Below, piece by piece: positions 43,583-53,214 of a stretch of 64,000 nt of DNA. The notes under the pieces were generated by a model. It ran no database searches, was not told the origin of the DNA, and saw nothing but the letters and a program-made list of their open reading frames with translations. The position numbers and the translations under genes were made by a program. Source of the DNA: Pyrinomonadaceae bacterium (GTDB taxonomy: Bacteria; Acidobacteriota; Blastocatellia; Pyrinomonadales; Pyrinomonadaceae); assembly GCA_035995185.1 (NCBI GenBank), contig DASYKT010000009.1:28174-92173 (forward strand), written 5' to 3'. Numbering within the stretch: the first letter of the stretch is position 1; each line of letters opens with the position of its first letter.

Positions 43583-44320
43583 TCTACTGCATTCGCTCTC
43601 GTCTATATCAAAATTCGCGTATAACTTTTGCACATCGTCATGATCATCGATCGCTTCATAGAGTTTGAGCATCTGCTGGGCCTCATCTCCCTCGAGGCGG
43701 ACATAGGTTTGCGGGATGCGTGAAAGTTCGGAAGCCTGGGTTTCGATCCCGGCATTTTTGAGCGCGTCGTTGACGGCTTCGTAATTTTCCGGCGCGGTGT
43801 AAATTTCAAAAACATCGCCCTGGTCCTGCATATCGTCGGCGCCGGCTTCGAGCACGATCTCCATCAGCTCGTCTTCAGATTTGGCGGCTTTTTCCACTAC
43901 GAGATAGCCTTTTTTATCGAACATCCATGCCACCGAACCGGCTTCGCCTAAATTCCCGCCGTTTTTTGCCAGCAGGTGGCGAAGCTCCGCGACCGTCCGG
44001 TTTCTATTATCGGTCATAGATTCGATAAGGATAGCGACGCCGCCCGGCCCGTAGCCTTCGTAAGTGATCTCGTCGTAATTTACGCCTTCCAGCTCACCGG
44101 TGCCGCGCTTGATGGCGCGATCGATGGTGTCGTTCGGCATATTGCCGGCCTTGGCGTCGGTCACCGCTTTGCGCAGCCGCGCGTTCGCGTCAACATCGCC
44201 GCCCCCGCCCCTGGCCGCTACCGTGATCTCTTTGATCAGGCTGGTAAAAAGTTTTCCGCGCTTGGCATCTTCCTTGCCTTTTTTATGCTTGATTGTATGC
44301 CACTTGGAATGTCCGGACAT
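43523..44320 (-). CDS. yebC: YebC/PmpR family DNA-binding transcriptional regulator
   Basis: MSGHSKWHTIKHKKGKEDAKRGKLFTSLIKEITVAAR. The last ~20 codons (RRDTRNAIRNTQYAERNDIT) are encoded by repeat D3. Confidence 0.92.
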   Translation of the reverse strand: MSGHSKWHTIKHKKGKEDAKRGKLFTSLIKEITVAARGGGGDVDANARLRKAVTDAKAGNMPNDTIDRAIKRGTGELEGVNYDEITYEGYGPGGVAILIESMTDNRNRTVAELRHLLAKNGGNLGEAGSVAWMFDKKGYLVVEKAAKSEDELMEIVLEAGADDMQDQGDVFEIYTAPENYEAVNDALKNAGIETQASELSRIPQTYVRLEGDEAQQMLKLYEAIDDHDDVQKLYANFDIDESECSRRDTRNAIRNTQYAERNDIT

Positions 44321-44346
44321 TTGAGATATTTCCTTTTTGTAAAATT

Positions 44347-44423
44347 GGCAGAAACACGCGCGTTAGCAAGTGTGTACTCTCTGCCGTAAAATCCACACAC
44401 TCCCTTATGGTCGTGTTTCTGCC
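44347..44423. repeat. 77-nt nested inverted repeat between yggU and yebC
   Basis: The outer arms are GGCAGAAACACG ... CGTGTTTCTGCC. The inner arms are AGTGTGT ... ACACACT. Confidence 0.5.
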
Positions 44424-44450
44424 CAAAGCTTGGAATATATCACGCTATTT

Positions 44451-44759
44451 TTAGCCGTGCAAAATCGCGTCCAATTTCTCTTTATTGCCGTTTGAAATAG
44501 AGAGTTGTTTTGTTTTTGAGGTTTGTCCGCTGAGGATACTGACGTCGCTTTTCGCTACGCCGAATTCTTTTGCCAAAAGCTTTATCAATTCTTCATTCGC
44601 CTGGCCGTCGACCGGCGGTGCAGCCAGCCTTACTTTAAGTGCGCCGTCATGACAGCCTACGATCTCGCTTTTCGAAGCCCGCGGAACGACCCGCACCGCA
44701 AAGATCAAAGCGCCGTCTTTTTCCCGTATATTTATCAACAATTTATTGGCCGAACACAA
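44451..44759 (-). CDS. DUF167 (YggU) family protein
   Basis: The motif RVVPRASKSEIVG...LKVRLAAPPVDGQANEELIKLLAKEF is typical of YggU. Confidence 0.75.
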   Translation of the reverse strand: MCSANKLLINIREKDGALIFAVRVVPRASKSEIVGCHDGALKVRLAAPPVDGQANEELIKLLAKEFGVAKSDVSILSGQTSKTKQLSISNGNKEKLDAILHG

Positions 44760-45336
44760 AGATCTGCATAACGAACCGCTGTAAAAGGCTGAGCAGGATC
44801 AAAAGGATCATGGCCGAAAGATCGAACATACCGATCGGCGGAATAAGCTTTTGCAGCGGCAGCACGGCCGGGTCGGTCATTCGCCTGACAAATCCGAAAA
44901 GGGTTTTCTTGGTAAATACGAACCACGACGAAAGAACGCGCAAAAATACCAGCATGATATAAAAACTTATCACCGCGTATAAAAAGAATCCGGCGAAGAC
45001 CTTTAAGTTGTTATTGATTATCCCGGCCGTCAGCCCGTCGACGATATAAAAAATGTCAAAGATTATTCCTAAAACAAAATAGACCAAAACGCTGGCGATC
45101 AGGATCGTCAGGATCGGCGCCAGGCGCACGTCTATCCCAAAGGTCGCCAGGAATCGCGCCGCCGGATAAACGAATCTCTCCGTCAATTTTCTAAACCGCA
45201 GCGCAAATCTGCCGGTCTTGCCGAACGGGTTCGGGTCGCTATAATTAAATAGAAGCCGCGCCAGCATCAGCGCGATAAAAACGAGCAGCGAGATGATTAT
45301 GACCGTCTGGACTATCGGGTAAATGCTTATACGCAT
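44743..45336 (-). CDS. YggT-family membrane protein
   Basis: 197 aa with 4-5 TM spans. It sits between yggS-like and yggU-like genes, which is a conserved neighbourhood. Confidence 0.55.
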   Translation of the reverse strand: MRISIYPIVQTVIIISLLVFIALMLARLLFNYSDPNPFGKTGRFALRFRKLTERFVYPAARFLATFGIDVRLAPILTILIASVLVYFVLGIIFDIFYIVDGLTAGIINNNLKVFAGFFLYAVISFYIMLVFLRVLSSWFVFTKKTLFGFVRRMTDPAVLPLQKLIPPIGMFDLSAMILLILLSLLQRFVMQIFVFGQ

Positions 45337-45351
45337 ATTTGAAAAATTATT

Positions 45352-46050
45352 CTAATTTCTTTCTCCGAAGATAGCGGTTCCGACCCTGACCATTGTCGCG
45401 CCTTCTTCGATAGCGATCTCAAGATCGTGGGTCATTCCCATCGAAAGCTCGCCCGTTTTACCCGCGAAAAATCCTTTTCCGGCAAGATCGTCGCGAATTT
45501 CACGCAGCCGGCGAAAATACGGGCGCATGTCTTCTGACGTTTCAAAATAGGGCGGCACTGTCATCAAACCTCTAAAACTCAAAAATTTACAGCCCTGTAA
45601 AAATTCCGCCAATTCCGGCAGTTGGCCTTCGGCGATCCCGGTTTTCGTCTCCTCGCCGGCCAGATCGACTTCCGCCAAAACCGCCAGTTGAGCGCGTCCT
45701 TCTTCTTCACAAATACGCTCAAGCCGCCGCGCAAGTTCGACCGAATCGAGCGAATGGATCACCGAAAAAAGCTTTACCGCCCTGCGGGCCTTGTTGGCCT
45801 GCAGATGGCCGATCAGGTGCCATTCCAGGCCATCGCGCCCCAGTTCTTCGATCTTACCTTCGGCTTCCTGCACCTTGTTTTCGCCAAAACAGTCGATTCC
45901 CGCGGCTATCGCTTCGCGTAAAGCAGAAACAGGATGGGTTTTACTGACCGGGAGCAGCTTGATCTCTTCCGGCTTTCGACCGGCCCGCTCCGCTGCCTTT
46001 GCAATACGGTGCTTTACTTCATCTAACCTCGCTTTTAGCGTTTCGCCCAC
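45352..46050 (-). CDS. yggS: YggS-family pyridoxal-phosphate homeostasis protein
   Basis: [72 protein letters not shown]. Confidence 0.88.
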   Translation of the reverse strand: MGETLKARLDEVKHRIAKAAERAGRKPEEIKLLPVSKTHPVSALREAIAAGIDCFGENKVQEAEGKIEELGRDGLEWHLIGHLQANKARRAVKLFSVIHSLDSVELARRLERICEEEGRAQLAVLAEVDLAGEETKTGIAEGQLPELAEFLQGCKFLSFRGLMTVPPYFETSEDMRPYFRRLREIRDDLAGKGFFAGKTGELSMGMTHDLEIAIEEGATMVRVGTAIFGERN

Positions 46051-46082
46051 GTGCTAAATATATCAGACCGGCCGTAAATCTC

Positions 46083-46170
46083 TTATCTATCAGCTATTAT
46101 CTTTTATCTATTACGAAAGAATAGCCCCCCGAAGCAGATCATAGCCGATAAATGAAACCCGATAGATAAC
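46083..46170. repeat. family F palindromic element (F2)
   Basis: TTATCTATCAGCTATTATCTTTTATCTATTACGAAAG ... GATAAATGAAACCCGATAGATAAC. The reverse complement of the left part matches F1 (AATAGATAAAAGATRATAGCT). Confidence 0.6.
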
Positions 46171-46200
46171 TTGTCATCCTATGGTGCTAGGTTGTATATT
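46171..46200 (+). promoter_or_regulatory. candidate sigma-70 promoter for tRNA-Leu
   Basis: TTGTCA, an 18-nt spacer, then TATATT. The -10 element ends 15 nt before the tRNA 5' end. Confidence 0.4.
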
Positions 46201-46215
46201 GATAATTCTGTTTTT

Positions 46216-46302
46216 GCGGACGTGGCGGAACTGGTAGACGCGCAGGTCTCAGAAGCCTGTTCCCGCGAGGGAGTGGAAGTTCGATTCTTCTCGTCCGCAC
46301 CA
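46216..46302 (+). tRNA. tRNA-Leu (anticodon CAG)
   Basis: GCGGACG TG GCGG AACTGGTAGA CGCG CAGGT CTCAGAA GCCTG, then the long variable arm TTCCCGCGAGGGAGT, then GGAAG TTCGATT CTTCT CGTCCGC A CCA. Confidence 0.92.
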
Positions 46303-46364
46303 AAATTTACCACAATGATGAAGGCTGAAATGGTCTTCATTTTTTGTTTTCGGGGCCGGGTAAA

Positions 46365-46979
46365 ATGGACGATTTTGTAAAAGTACTGGAAAAACATCAG
46401 GCCGAATTCGGGCTGCAATTGGGCGCCGAAACGGTTTCGCGTTTGTCTGAGTATTACGAGCTTATCCTGAAACACAACCCTCTTTTGCACCTGGTAGCGC
46501 CCGGAAGCGTGGAAGATTTCGCCGTCCGGCACATTCTCGAATCGCTCACGCTGCTGGAATATCTGCCTGAAAATTCCGAATTCGCCGATGTGGGCACCGG
46601 GGCCGGGCTACCGGGTATTCCCTGCCTGCTGGCGCGTAAAGACCTGCACGGTTTTCTTATCGAATCAAAACAAAAAAAGGCGCAGTTCCTGAGCGAAGCG
46701 CGCGAAAAGCTGGGCCTCAGAGATCGCATGACCATCATCAACCGCCAGTTCGAAGAGATCCGCAAACCCGACGTTCGCATTATCACTTGCCGGGCGCTCG
46801 ATAAATTCACGCAGAAGCTCCCGGCGCTTTTAAAATGGTCGGAAAATTCTTACATGGTGTTTTTCGGCGGCGAAAATCTGCGCGAAGAACTTCGCAAACA
46901 TGGCCTGACGTTCCGGGAGAAATTACTTCCCTTATCGGAAAAGCGTTTCTTGTTTCAAATAAAAAAGACTAAAATCTAG
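46365..46979 (+). CDS. rsmG: 16S rRNA (guanine527-N7)-methyltransferase
   Basis: The start is moved to MDDFVKVLEKHQ. The motifs are FADVGTGAGLPGIPCLL and ITCRAL. Confidence 0.85.
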   Translation: MDDFVKVLEKHQAEFGLQLGAETVSRLSEYYELILKHNPLLHLVAPGSVEDFAVRHILESLTLLEYLPENSEFADVGTGAGLPGIPCLLARKDLHGFLIESKQKKAQFLSEAREKLGLRDRMTIINRQFEEIRKPDVRIITCRALDKFTQKLPALLKWSENSYMVFFGGENLREELRKHGLTFREKLLPLSEKRFLFQIKKTKI

Positions 46980-46983
46980 CGCG

Positions 46984-47640
46984 ATGCGCATTCTTAGAAA
47001 GATAGCGAAGAGGCTGGCCATTCCGCTTGCGCGTTACAGCGCCGCCGGGCAAACGTCGGGTGATAATCATCTGCTAAACGATTTTTTGGCCCGCGCGGCA
47101 AAGATCCCTCAGCCCCGCGTGCTCGAACTCGGCACCAGGCGTCTCTACGAAAACGTCAAAACCAAACACGATGAATGGATACCGCACGCGGCCGAGTTTT
47201 TAGGGACCGATATTGCCGAAGGCACCGACGTGGACATCATCGCCGACGTTCACAAGTTAAGTCAGACGGTAGGCTTTGAGCAGTTTGACGTTATCATCTC
47301 CTGCTCTTCATTCGAACATTTTAAATACCCGCACCTCGCGGCGCACGAAATAATGAAGGCGCTGAAGACCGGCGGCCTGCTTTTTATCCAGACGCACCAG
47401 ACCTATCCCGTCCACGGCGCGCCTTACGATTACTTCCGGTTTTCGCGCGAGGCCTTGAGCGGCTTGTTCGGCACAAAGATGGAATTTCGCGTGATCGAAA
47501 CCGATTATGAATTTCCCGCGAGCATCAATTCGCCCGACGTCGCCTCTATCGCCGCCGAGCCTGCCTTCGTCAATTCGAGATTGCTGGGAGAAAAAACCGG
47601 CAAAACCCCGGCGGAATACATTTACGAATACGATGTTTAG
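46984..47640 (+). CDS. class I SAM-dependent methyltransferase
   Basis: VLELGTRR (motif I-like), DVIISCSSFEHF and GGLLFIQT. Confidence 0.65.
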   Translation: MRILRKIAKRLAIPLARYSAAGQTSGDNHLLNDFLARAAKIPQPRVLELGTRRLYENVKTKHDEWIPHAAEFLGTDIAEGTDVDIIADVHKLSQTVGFEQFDVIISCSSFEHFKYPHLAAHEIMKALKTGGLLFIQTHQTYPVHGAPYDYFRFSREALSGLFGTKMEFRVIETDYEFPASINSPDVASIAAEPAFVNSRLLGEKTGKTPAEYIYEYDV

Positions 47641-47653
47641 ACAGGTGTAAAAA

Positions 47654-48184
47654 ATGTTCCCTCCTATCAATTGGCAAGAAATATTTATACCCGGCGTGAA
47701 TCCCTTTGAGATCTTCATCCGCGGAACTCTTATTTATTTATTTTGTTTTCTCGTTATGCGCTTTACGCGCCGCGGCATTAGCGGGATCAGCATTTCCGAT
47801 ATGCTGATCATCGTGATGATCGCCGACGCCGCGCAAAACGGAATGTCCGCCGATTACAAATCCGTTACCGACGGTGTGCTGCTGATCCTCACGCTTATTT
47901 TTTGGGACTACATCCTCAACGTGCTGCAGGACAAAGTGCCATTTATCCGGGGACTTTTTTATCCGGCCCCAACCGAACTGATCAAGGAAGGAAAGCTGCT
48001 GCGCAAAAATATGGACCAAAACTACATTACCTATGAAGAGTTAATGAGCCAGGTCCGCGAAGCCGGCCTGGAAAAACCGGCTGACGTGAAAAAGGCTTTT
48101 ATGGAAGGCGACGGCAGCATCAGCATAATTCCCTTCGACAAGGACAAGGCAAAATCCAAAAATAAGCCCAAGGTCGGCGGGTAG
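47654..48184 (+). CDS. DUF421 (YetF-like) membrane protein
   Basis: N-terminal TM spans with DMLIIVMIADAAQNGM. The C-terminal YITYEELMSQVREAGLEKPADVKKAFMEGDGSISIIP is typical. Confidence 0.65.
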   Translation: MFPPINWQEIFIPGVNPFEIFIRGTLIYLFCFLVMRFTRRGISGISISDMLIIVMIADAAQNGMSADYKSVTDGVLLILTLIFWDYILNVLQDKVPFIRGLFYPAPTELIKEGKLLRKNMDQNYITYEELMSQVREAGLEKPADVKKAFMEGDGSISIIPFDKDKAKSKNKPKVGG

Positions 48185-48247
48185 TTAACTAAGTTGTATT
48201 TAGAAAAGCGTTGCCCACAAATTCTTTCTGGTAACTATGGCGGCTAT

Positions 48248-48345
48248 TTTAGTGTGTTTGGTGTGTTTCGTGGTTAAATTCTTGCAGTTGTCTAAGCATA
48301 AATGAAAAGAAAAGCTTAACCACGAAGCACACTAAATACACTAAA
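48248..48345. repeat. family B palindromic element (B4), partly degenerate
   Basis: TTTAGTGTGTTTGGTGTGTTTCGTGGTTAA ... TTAACCACGAAGCACACTAAATACACTAAA. Confidence 0.75.
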
Positions 48346-48438
48346 CAAGGGTCGCTTTTTTTGATCTTATATCACCGTGATCGAGCTTTATGGCAACATC
48401 ATTTAGCATGAGATGTCTTTTTAATATCAAAACAGGAA

Positions 48439-49170
48439 TTGTTTATGGAAACCAAAATTGAAAAAGAAGTGCGTTATCTGAAGATCTACGCCGTCGTCAG
48501 CACGCTATTTTTTGCAATATTTCTTCTTTCGGCTTTCGCGCTTGAAAGCAAAAAGAAGTTTCAGGAAATAGACGTCGAACGAATCAATATCGTGGAAAAA
48601 GACGGCAAGCTGAAAATGGTCATTTCCAACAAAGAACGCCAGCATCCGGGAATTGTCGACGGCAAAACATTTGAGCGCAAAGAGCAAAGGCCTGCGGGCA
48701 TGATCTTTTTTAGCGAAAAGGGAGATGAGATCGGCGGATTGATCTTTGACGGCAATACCGGCAAAGGCCAGAACGGTTCTCTTACTTTTGACAAATTTCG
48801 CGGCGACCAGACCATTCAGTTCATGCACACCGAAGAACCTGATGGGAAATACTTCGCCGGATTGAGATTGAACGATCAAAACACACCGATAGCCGAGTTG
48901 ATGTCCAAAAAGGACGAGATCGAAAAACTACCGACCAAAGAAGCAAGAGATGCGGCATATAGAGATATGCAGGACAAAGGCCTGTTTCAGGCCAGTCGTC
49001 TTGATATCGGAAGAGATTACAGCAGGTCGTCCTTTATCAAACTTAAAGATGCAAAAGGCAGGGCGCGGATCGTAATATCGGTCGCCGCGGACGGCAATGC
49101 GAAACTCAATTTTTTAGACGAGAACGGCAAGGTCGTATACAGCTTGCCTGATGAAAGCAAAGCTAAATAA
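48439..49170 (+). CDS. membrane-anchored hypothetical protein
   Basis: 243-aa ORF with one N-terminal TM span. No motif recognised. Confidence 0.5.
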   Translation: MFMETKIEKEVRYLKIYAVVSTLFFAIFLLSAFALESKKKFQEIDVERINIVEKDGKLKMVISNKERQHPGIVDGKTFERKEQRPAGMIFFSEKGDEIGGLIFDGNTGKGQNGSLTFDKFRGDQTIQFMHTEEPDGKYFAGLRLNDQNTPIAELMSKKDEIEKLPTKEARDAAYRDMQDKGLFQASRLDIGRDYSRSSFIKLKDAKGRARIVISVAADGNAKLNFLDENGKVVYSLPDESKAK

Positions 49171-49245
49171 ATAAACATCTGTGGACGGCCGCGCTTTGTT
49201 TTTTCGGCCGTCCCTAACCCTTAAGCCCCGTTCTAAGGAGGAAAG

Positions 49246-49620
49246 ATGCAGATATCGGGCGCCGTTGCGCAGCTCCGGACCACTGACCTGGCCGCATCAA
49301 TACATTTTTACACCACCAGGGTAGGACTCGCGCTCGAGTTCCAGTACCAGGACTTTTACGCCGGAGTTCGCGCCGGTGACCAGCTCTTTCACCTGAAACT
49401 GGTAGACGAAAAGGACCCTTCGATCGAGTTTGTGGATAAGGGAGAACATTTCCACCTCTACTTTAATACGGACGATGCGGCTGCTACGGCCGAAGCGTTG
49501 AAGAAAAACGGGGTCCACCTGGTAAAGGACGTGCATGAAACCCCTTGGGGAACAATAGAGTTTGCCATCAAGGACGATCAGGGGCATACGCTGTACTTCG
49601 GCCAACCTCAGATTTCATAG
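49246..49620 (+). CDS. VOC-family (glyoxalase/bleomycin-resistance fold) protein
   Basis: 124 aa. The N-terminal FYTTRVGL and C-terminal TPWGTIEFAIKDDQGHTLYFG are typical. Confidence 0.75.
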   Translation: MQISGAVAQLRTTDLAASIHFYTTRVGLALEFQYQDFYAGVRAGDQLFHLKLVDEKDPSIEFVDKGEHFHLYFNTDDAAATAEALKKNGVHLVKDVHETPWGTIEFAIKDDQGHTLYFGQPQIS

Positions 49621-49625
49621 CATGA

Positions 49626-49666
49626 GAGAACCACCCTGGCGCGGTTTCCGCGACGGGGTGGTTCTT
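49626..49666. repeat. family G hairpin element (G2); likely terminator of the VOC gene
   Basis: GAGAACCACCCTGGCGCGGTTTCCGCGACGGGGTGGTTCTT. It shares GCGCG-TTT-CGCGACGGGGTGGTTCT with 23335-23387. Confidence 0.6.
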
Positions 49667-49783
49667 CTTCAGTCTAGACCCGCAAGGGGTTGCTTACGCC
49701 CGCTCATATAAACTTGCATTTCCACCTCAACGAGCCTAAAATACAGGATTGCACTTATATTCGGTGCAAGGATAAGGAGTACT

Positions 49784-50008
49784 ATGAAACCGGAAATTCA
49801 TCCGCAATACGACGAAATAACCGTGGCCTGCGCCTGTGGAAACACGTTCAAAACGCGCTCGACCATGAAAGACGATCTTCAGATAGAAATTTGTTCGGAA
49901 TGTCACCCGTTTTTCACCGGAAAACAGAAGTTGGTTGACACTGCCGGACGAGTTGACCGCTTTAACAAACGTTACGGCAAACGCAGTGCCGAGACCGCAG
50001 CATCTTAA
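49784..50008 (+). CDS. rpmE: 50S ribosomal protein L31 (Zn-ribbon type)
   Basis: MKPEIHPQY...VACACGNTF...[29 protein letters not shown]. Confidence 0.93.
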   Translation: MKPEIHPQYDEITVACACGNTFKTRSTMKDDLQIEICSECHPFFTGKQKLVDTAGRVDRFNKRYGKRSAETAAS

Positions 50009-50165
50009 ACAGAGCAAATGCGGCATATAGCTCAACATTAGCAGATCAAAACGCCGTCGCTTCCGCGCCGAACCCTCCCGGTCTATCAAAAAACCTAAGG
50101 TTTTCGGCTAAAAAATAGGGAGCGGCGGCGTTTTAGCTTTTTTTAAGATAGTAGGTTTTAAGATT

Positions 50166-51296
50166 ATGAAAAAGATGCTTTCTCTGGCTTTGGCAATGCA
50201 GCGTGACCTGATCGTGGGCGGGCAGGCGGTGATCGAGGGCGTAATGATGCGCACCCCGAGCGCCTATGCCATCGCCGTGCGCCGGTCCGACGGTTCTATT
50301 ACCCATACGGCGGAATCGCTGCCCAAATGGAGCGATAAATACCCGGTCCTGAATTTTCCCGTGCTGCGCGGCGGGGCGACCCTCGTTCAGTCGATGATCC
50401 TGGGCGTAAAAGCGCTGAATTTTTCGGCCAATATCTTCGAACAGGACATGGAAGCGCAGGAAGAGAAAGTAAAGGCCGAGAAATTGGCCGCCGAACCGGC
50501 CCTGGCCGCAGGCACGACCGACGAGGATTTTACCAAGGCGCGCGCCACGGTAACGATGCCTGAAAAAACGGAAGCCAAGGCGAAGCCCAAGCAGTCTGCC
50601 GGAGCGATCGGCTCGATCATAGTGGCGCTGCTTTTTAACATTTTGCTTTTTATCGTCGCGCCGCTGGTGCTGACGAATGTCGCCTTTATCGCGCTGGGCT
50701 GGGCGGACTCGCCTGCTCTGACGGCTGATGCCGGCTGGTGGGGCGCCATCAAGGCCTACGTCTGGGAGATCAAGCCGCACTCATGGATCGCCTTTAATCT
50801 GGTGGACGGATTGATCCGCATGGCGTTTTTCATCTTTATGATCTTTTCGATGTCGTTTCAAAAAGACATCCGCCGGGTTTTTGAATATCACGGCGCCGAA
50901 CACAAAACCGTGTTCAACTGGGAAAGAGGCCTCGATCTTTCACCGGAAAACGCCCGCGTGCAAAAACGCCAGCACCCGCGCTGCGGCACCTCGTTTTTGA
51001 TGGTGGTGATGCTGGTGGCGATCGTGCTTTTCTCGGTCATCAAATTCGATTATATGATCCTGAACCTGGTGGTTCGCATCGCGCTGATGCCGCTGGTCGC
51101 CGGCCTTTCGTACGAGATCATTCGCTACGCGGCCAAACACGAGAACGGTATCGTTTTCAAGCTGATGACCACGCCCGGCCTCTGGCTGCAAAATATCACC
51201 ACCCAGGAACCGGACGACTCGCAGCTCGAAGTGGCGATCGAAGCGCTCAACGAGTCCCTGAAATTAGAGCCGGACGCGCAGCCTGCGGTTGCGTAA
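50166..51296 (+). CDS. DUF1385-family membrane protein
   Basis: The motifs VGGQAVIEGVMMR and YHGAEHKTV. The rpmE - DUF1385 - prfA order is a known conserved neighbourhood. It has a ~55-aa acidic/Lys-rich insert. Confidence 0.75.
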   Translation: MKKMLSLALAMQRDLIVGGQAVIEGVMMRTPSAYAIAVRRSDGSITHTAESLPKWSDKYPVLNFPVLRGGATLVQSMILGVKALNFSANIFEQDMEAQEEKVKAEKLAAEPALAAGTTDEDFTKARATVTMPEKTEAKAKPKQSAGAIGSIIVALLFNILLFIVAPLVLTNVAFIALGWADSPALTADAGWWGAIKAYVWEIKPHSWIAFNLVDGLIRMAFFIFMIFSMSFQKDIRRVFEYHGAEHKTVFNWERGLDLSPENARVQKRQHPRCGTSFLMVVMLVAIVLFSVIKFDYMILNLVVRIALMPLVAGLSYEIIRYAAKHENGIVFKLMTTPGLWLQNITTQEPDDSQLEVAIEALNESLKLEPDAQPAVA

Positions 51297-51303
51297 AAGT
51301 TAG

Positions 51304-51369
51304 GCCACGAATTACACAAATAACACGAACTAAGTTTCTTTTATTAGTGTAATTCGTGTTATTCGTGGC
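51304..51369. repeat. family A palindromic element (A7)
   Basis: GCCACGAATTACACAAATAACACGAACTAAGTTTCTTTTATTAGTGTAATTCGTGTTATTCGTGGC. It ends 9 nt before the prfA start. Confidence 0.8.
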
Positions 51370-51377
51370 AAAAATTT

Positions 51378-52460
51378 ATGTTCGAGAAACTAGCACAAAT
51401 AGAAAAATCTTACGAAGACCTGACCGAGCAGCTCTCCGCGCCGGACATTATGTCCGATATCAAGGCCTATACGAAGCTGATGAAACAGCGCAGCAGCTTG
51501 GGCGAAATAGTGGAAAAGTATCGTGAGGTCAAAAAGATGAGGGAAGACCTGGACGGCGCGCGCGAGCTTGCCGAAAGCGCCGATGACGAAGAAATGCGCG
51601 AGATGGCACAGCTCGAGATCGCGGAGCTGGAAGAAAAATATTCCCCTGCCGAAGAACAATTAAAGGTGCTGCTTCTGCCCAAAGATCCCAATGATGAAAA
51701 GAACGTCATTCTCGAGATCCGCGCGGGAACAGGGGGCGACGAGGCGACGCTTTTTGCCGGCGAAATTTTGCGTATGTACGCTCGCTACGCTGAGCGGCAG
51801 GGTTGGAAAATGGAGATCATGGATGCTTCCGACACGGGGGTGGGCGGCGTCAAGGAAGCTTTCGCGATGATCGAAGGCGAACGGGTCTATTCCAAATTGC
51901 GTTACGAATCGGGCGTGCACCGCGTCCAGCGCGTGCCGCAGACGGAAACCAGCGGGCGCATTCACACTTCGGCCATTACTGTGGCCGTATTACCGGAAGC
52001 GGAAGAGGTCGATATCCAGATCAACCAGAACGACCTGCGCATCGACACGTTTTGTTCCTCAGGCCCCGGCGGCCAGTCGGTCAATACCACTTATTCCGCC
52101 GTGCGCATCACCCATATGCCCAGCGGGCTGGTGGTTTCCATGCAGGATGAAAAATCGCAGATCAAGAATCGCGAAAAAGCGATGAAGGTTTTGCGCGCAC
52201 GCCTGCAGGAAATGGAAGAGCAAAAACAGCACGACGCCCTGGCCAGCGAACGCAAATCGATGGTCGGCAGCGGCGACCGTTCGGAAAAGATCCGCACCTA
52301 TAACTTCAAGGAAAATCGCGTGACCGATCATCGCATCGGCATGACCATTCACCAGCTCGATCTGTTCATGGAAGGCCAGGGCCAGATCGACGAAATGATA
52401 AACGCGCTGGTCACTCACTATCAAACCGAAAAACTCAAAGTTGCGGCCGTTGCCGCTTAA
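51378..52460 (+). CDS. prfA: peptide chain release factor 1
   Basis: GGQ motif ([20 protein letters not shown]), [17 protein letters not shown]. Length 360 aa. Confidence 0.95.
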   Translation: MFEKLAQIEKSYEDLTEQLSAPDIMSDIKAYTKLMKQRSSLGEIVEKYREVKKMREDLDGARELAESADDEEMREMAQLEIAELEEKYSPAEEQLKVLLLPKDPNDEKNVILEIRAGTGGDEATLFAGEILRMYARYAERQGWKMEIMDASDTGVGGVKEAFAMIEGERVYSKLRYESGVHRVQRVPQTETSGRIHTSAITVAVLPEAEEVDIQINQNDLRIDTFCSSGPGGQSVNTTYSAVRITHMPSGLVVSMQDEKSQIKNREKAMKVLRARLQEMEEQKQHDALASERKSMVGSGDRSEKIRTYNFKENRVTDHRIGMTIHQLDLFMEGQGQIDEMINALVTHYQTEKLKVAAVAA

Positions 52461-53129
52461 GTGCAACGTATGGCCCCCAAGACAACTCTCTACCTCATTC
52501 GCCACGGCCAATCCGCCGGAAACGCCGAGGGCCGTTTCGGCGGGCACTCTGCCACGCCGCTTTCCGAGCTGGGTCACCGCCAGGCCGATATAACGGCTAA
52601 AGCATTGTCAAAAGAACGGGTTACGGTAATTTATTCAAGCGATCTTGAGCGCGCTGTGCAGACCGCGACGGCGCTTTCCGAAGTGACCGGGCTGCCCGTT
52701 AATAAAACGGATGTTTTTCGCGAAAGAAACATCGGCGTGCTCGAAGGCCTGACCTTTGACGAGGCGGAACAGGAATTTCCCGGCGATTACAAAGCGCTGG
52801 TCGACCGCAATATCGTCCACGTCATCACGCGCGGCGAAAGCTACCGCCAACTGGTCGAACGTGTTTCAGGCGCGGTGGATGAAATTCTGGAAAAACACAA
52901 AGGCGGAAAGATCGCGGTGTTTGCGCACACGGGAACCATCTGTTTTCTCACGCTGCATCTGATCGGCGCGTTAAATCCGGAAACGGTCTGCACGCCGTGG
53001 ATCGTCACTTCAAATTGCGGGATAAATAAATTCGAATTTCGCGGCCGCGACAACCTGCGCGTCCTCTCTCTAAACGATACCCGCCACCTCTCTCAGCAAT
53101 CAGGCAACGACGCTTTCGCCGCGCGGTAG
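52461..53129 (+). CDS. histidine phosphatase family protein (phosphoglycerate mutase-like)
   Basis: LYLIRHGQSAGN (RHG motif) and VFAHTGTI. Confidence 0.8.
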   Translation: MQRMAPKTTLYLIRHGQSAGNAEGRFGGHSATPLSELGHRQADITAKALSKERVTVIYSSDLERAVQTATALSEVTGLPVNKTDVFRERNIGVLEGLTFDEAEQEFPGDYKALVDRNIVHVITRGESYRQLVERVSGAVDEILEKHKGGKIAVFAHTGTICFLTLHLIGALNPETVCTPWIVTSNCGINKFEFRGRDNLRVLSLNDTRHLSQQSGNDAFAAR

Positions 53130-53137
53130 GAATTCTT

Positions 53138-53214
53138 GTCAGAACCGGGAGCCGCAGCGACCGGGTTAAACTTACTAAGTGAAAAACCCGGTCGCTACGG
53201 CTCCCGGTTCCGAC
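53138..53214. repeat. family E palindromic element (E2) between convergent genes
   Basis: GTCAGAACCGGGAGCCGCAGCGACCGGG ... CCCGGTCGCTACGGCTCCCGGTTCCGAC. The right arm encodes the last 6 codons and the stop of the 53195-54124 gene. Confidence 0.8.

Noticed and set aside
46083-46302. tRNA-Leu as an integration site of a genomic island or prophage.
   Set aside because: There is no integrase, no direct repeat of the tRNA 3' end and no phage-like genes on either side. The neighbours are housekeeping genes (yggS, rsmG).
50048-50134. Long-range inverted repeat AAAACGCCGTCGCTTCC ... GGGAGCGGCGGCGTTTT after rpmE, considered as a possible riboswitch or leader of the DUF1385-prfA operon.
   Set aside because: It is followed by a T-run and fits a large-loop terminator for rpmE. 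I recognise no known riboswitch core.
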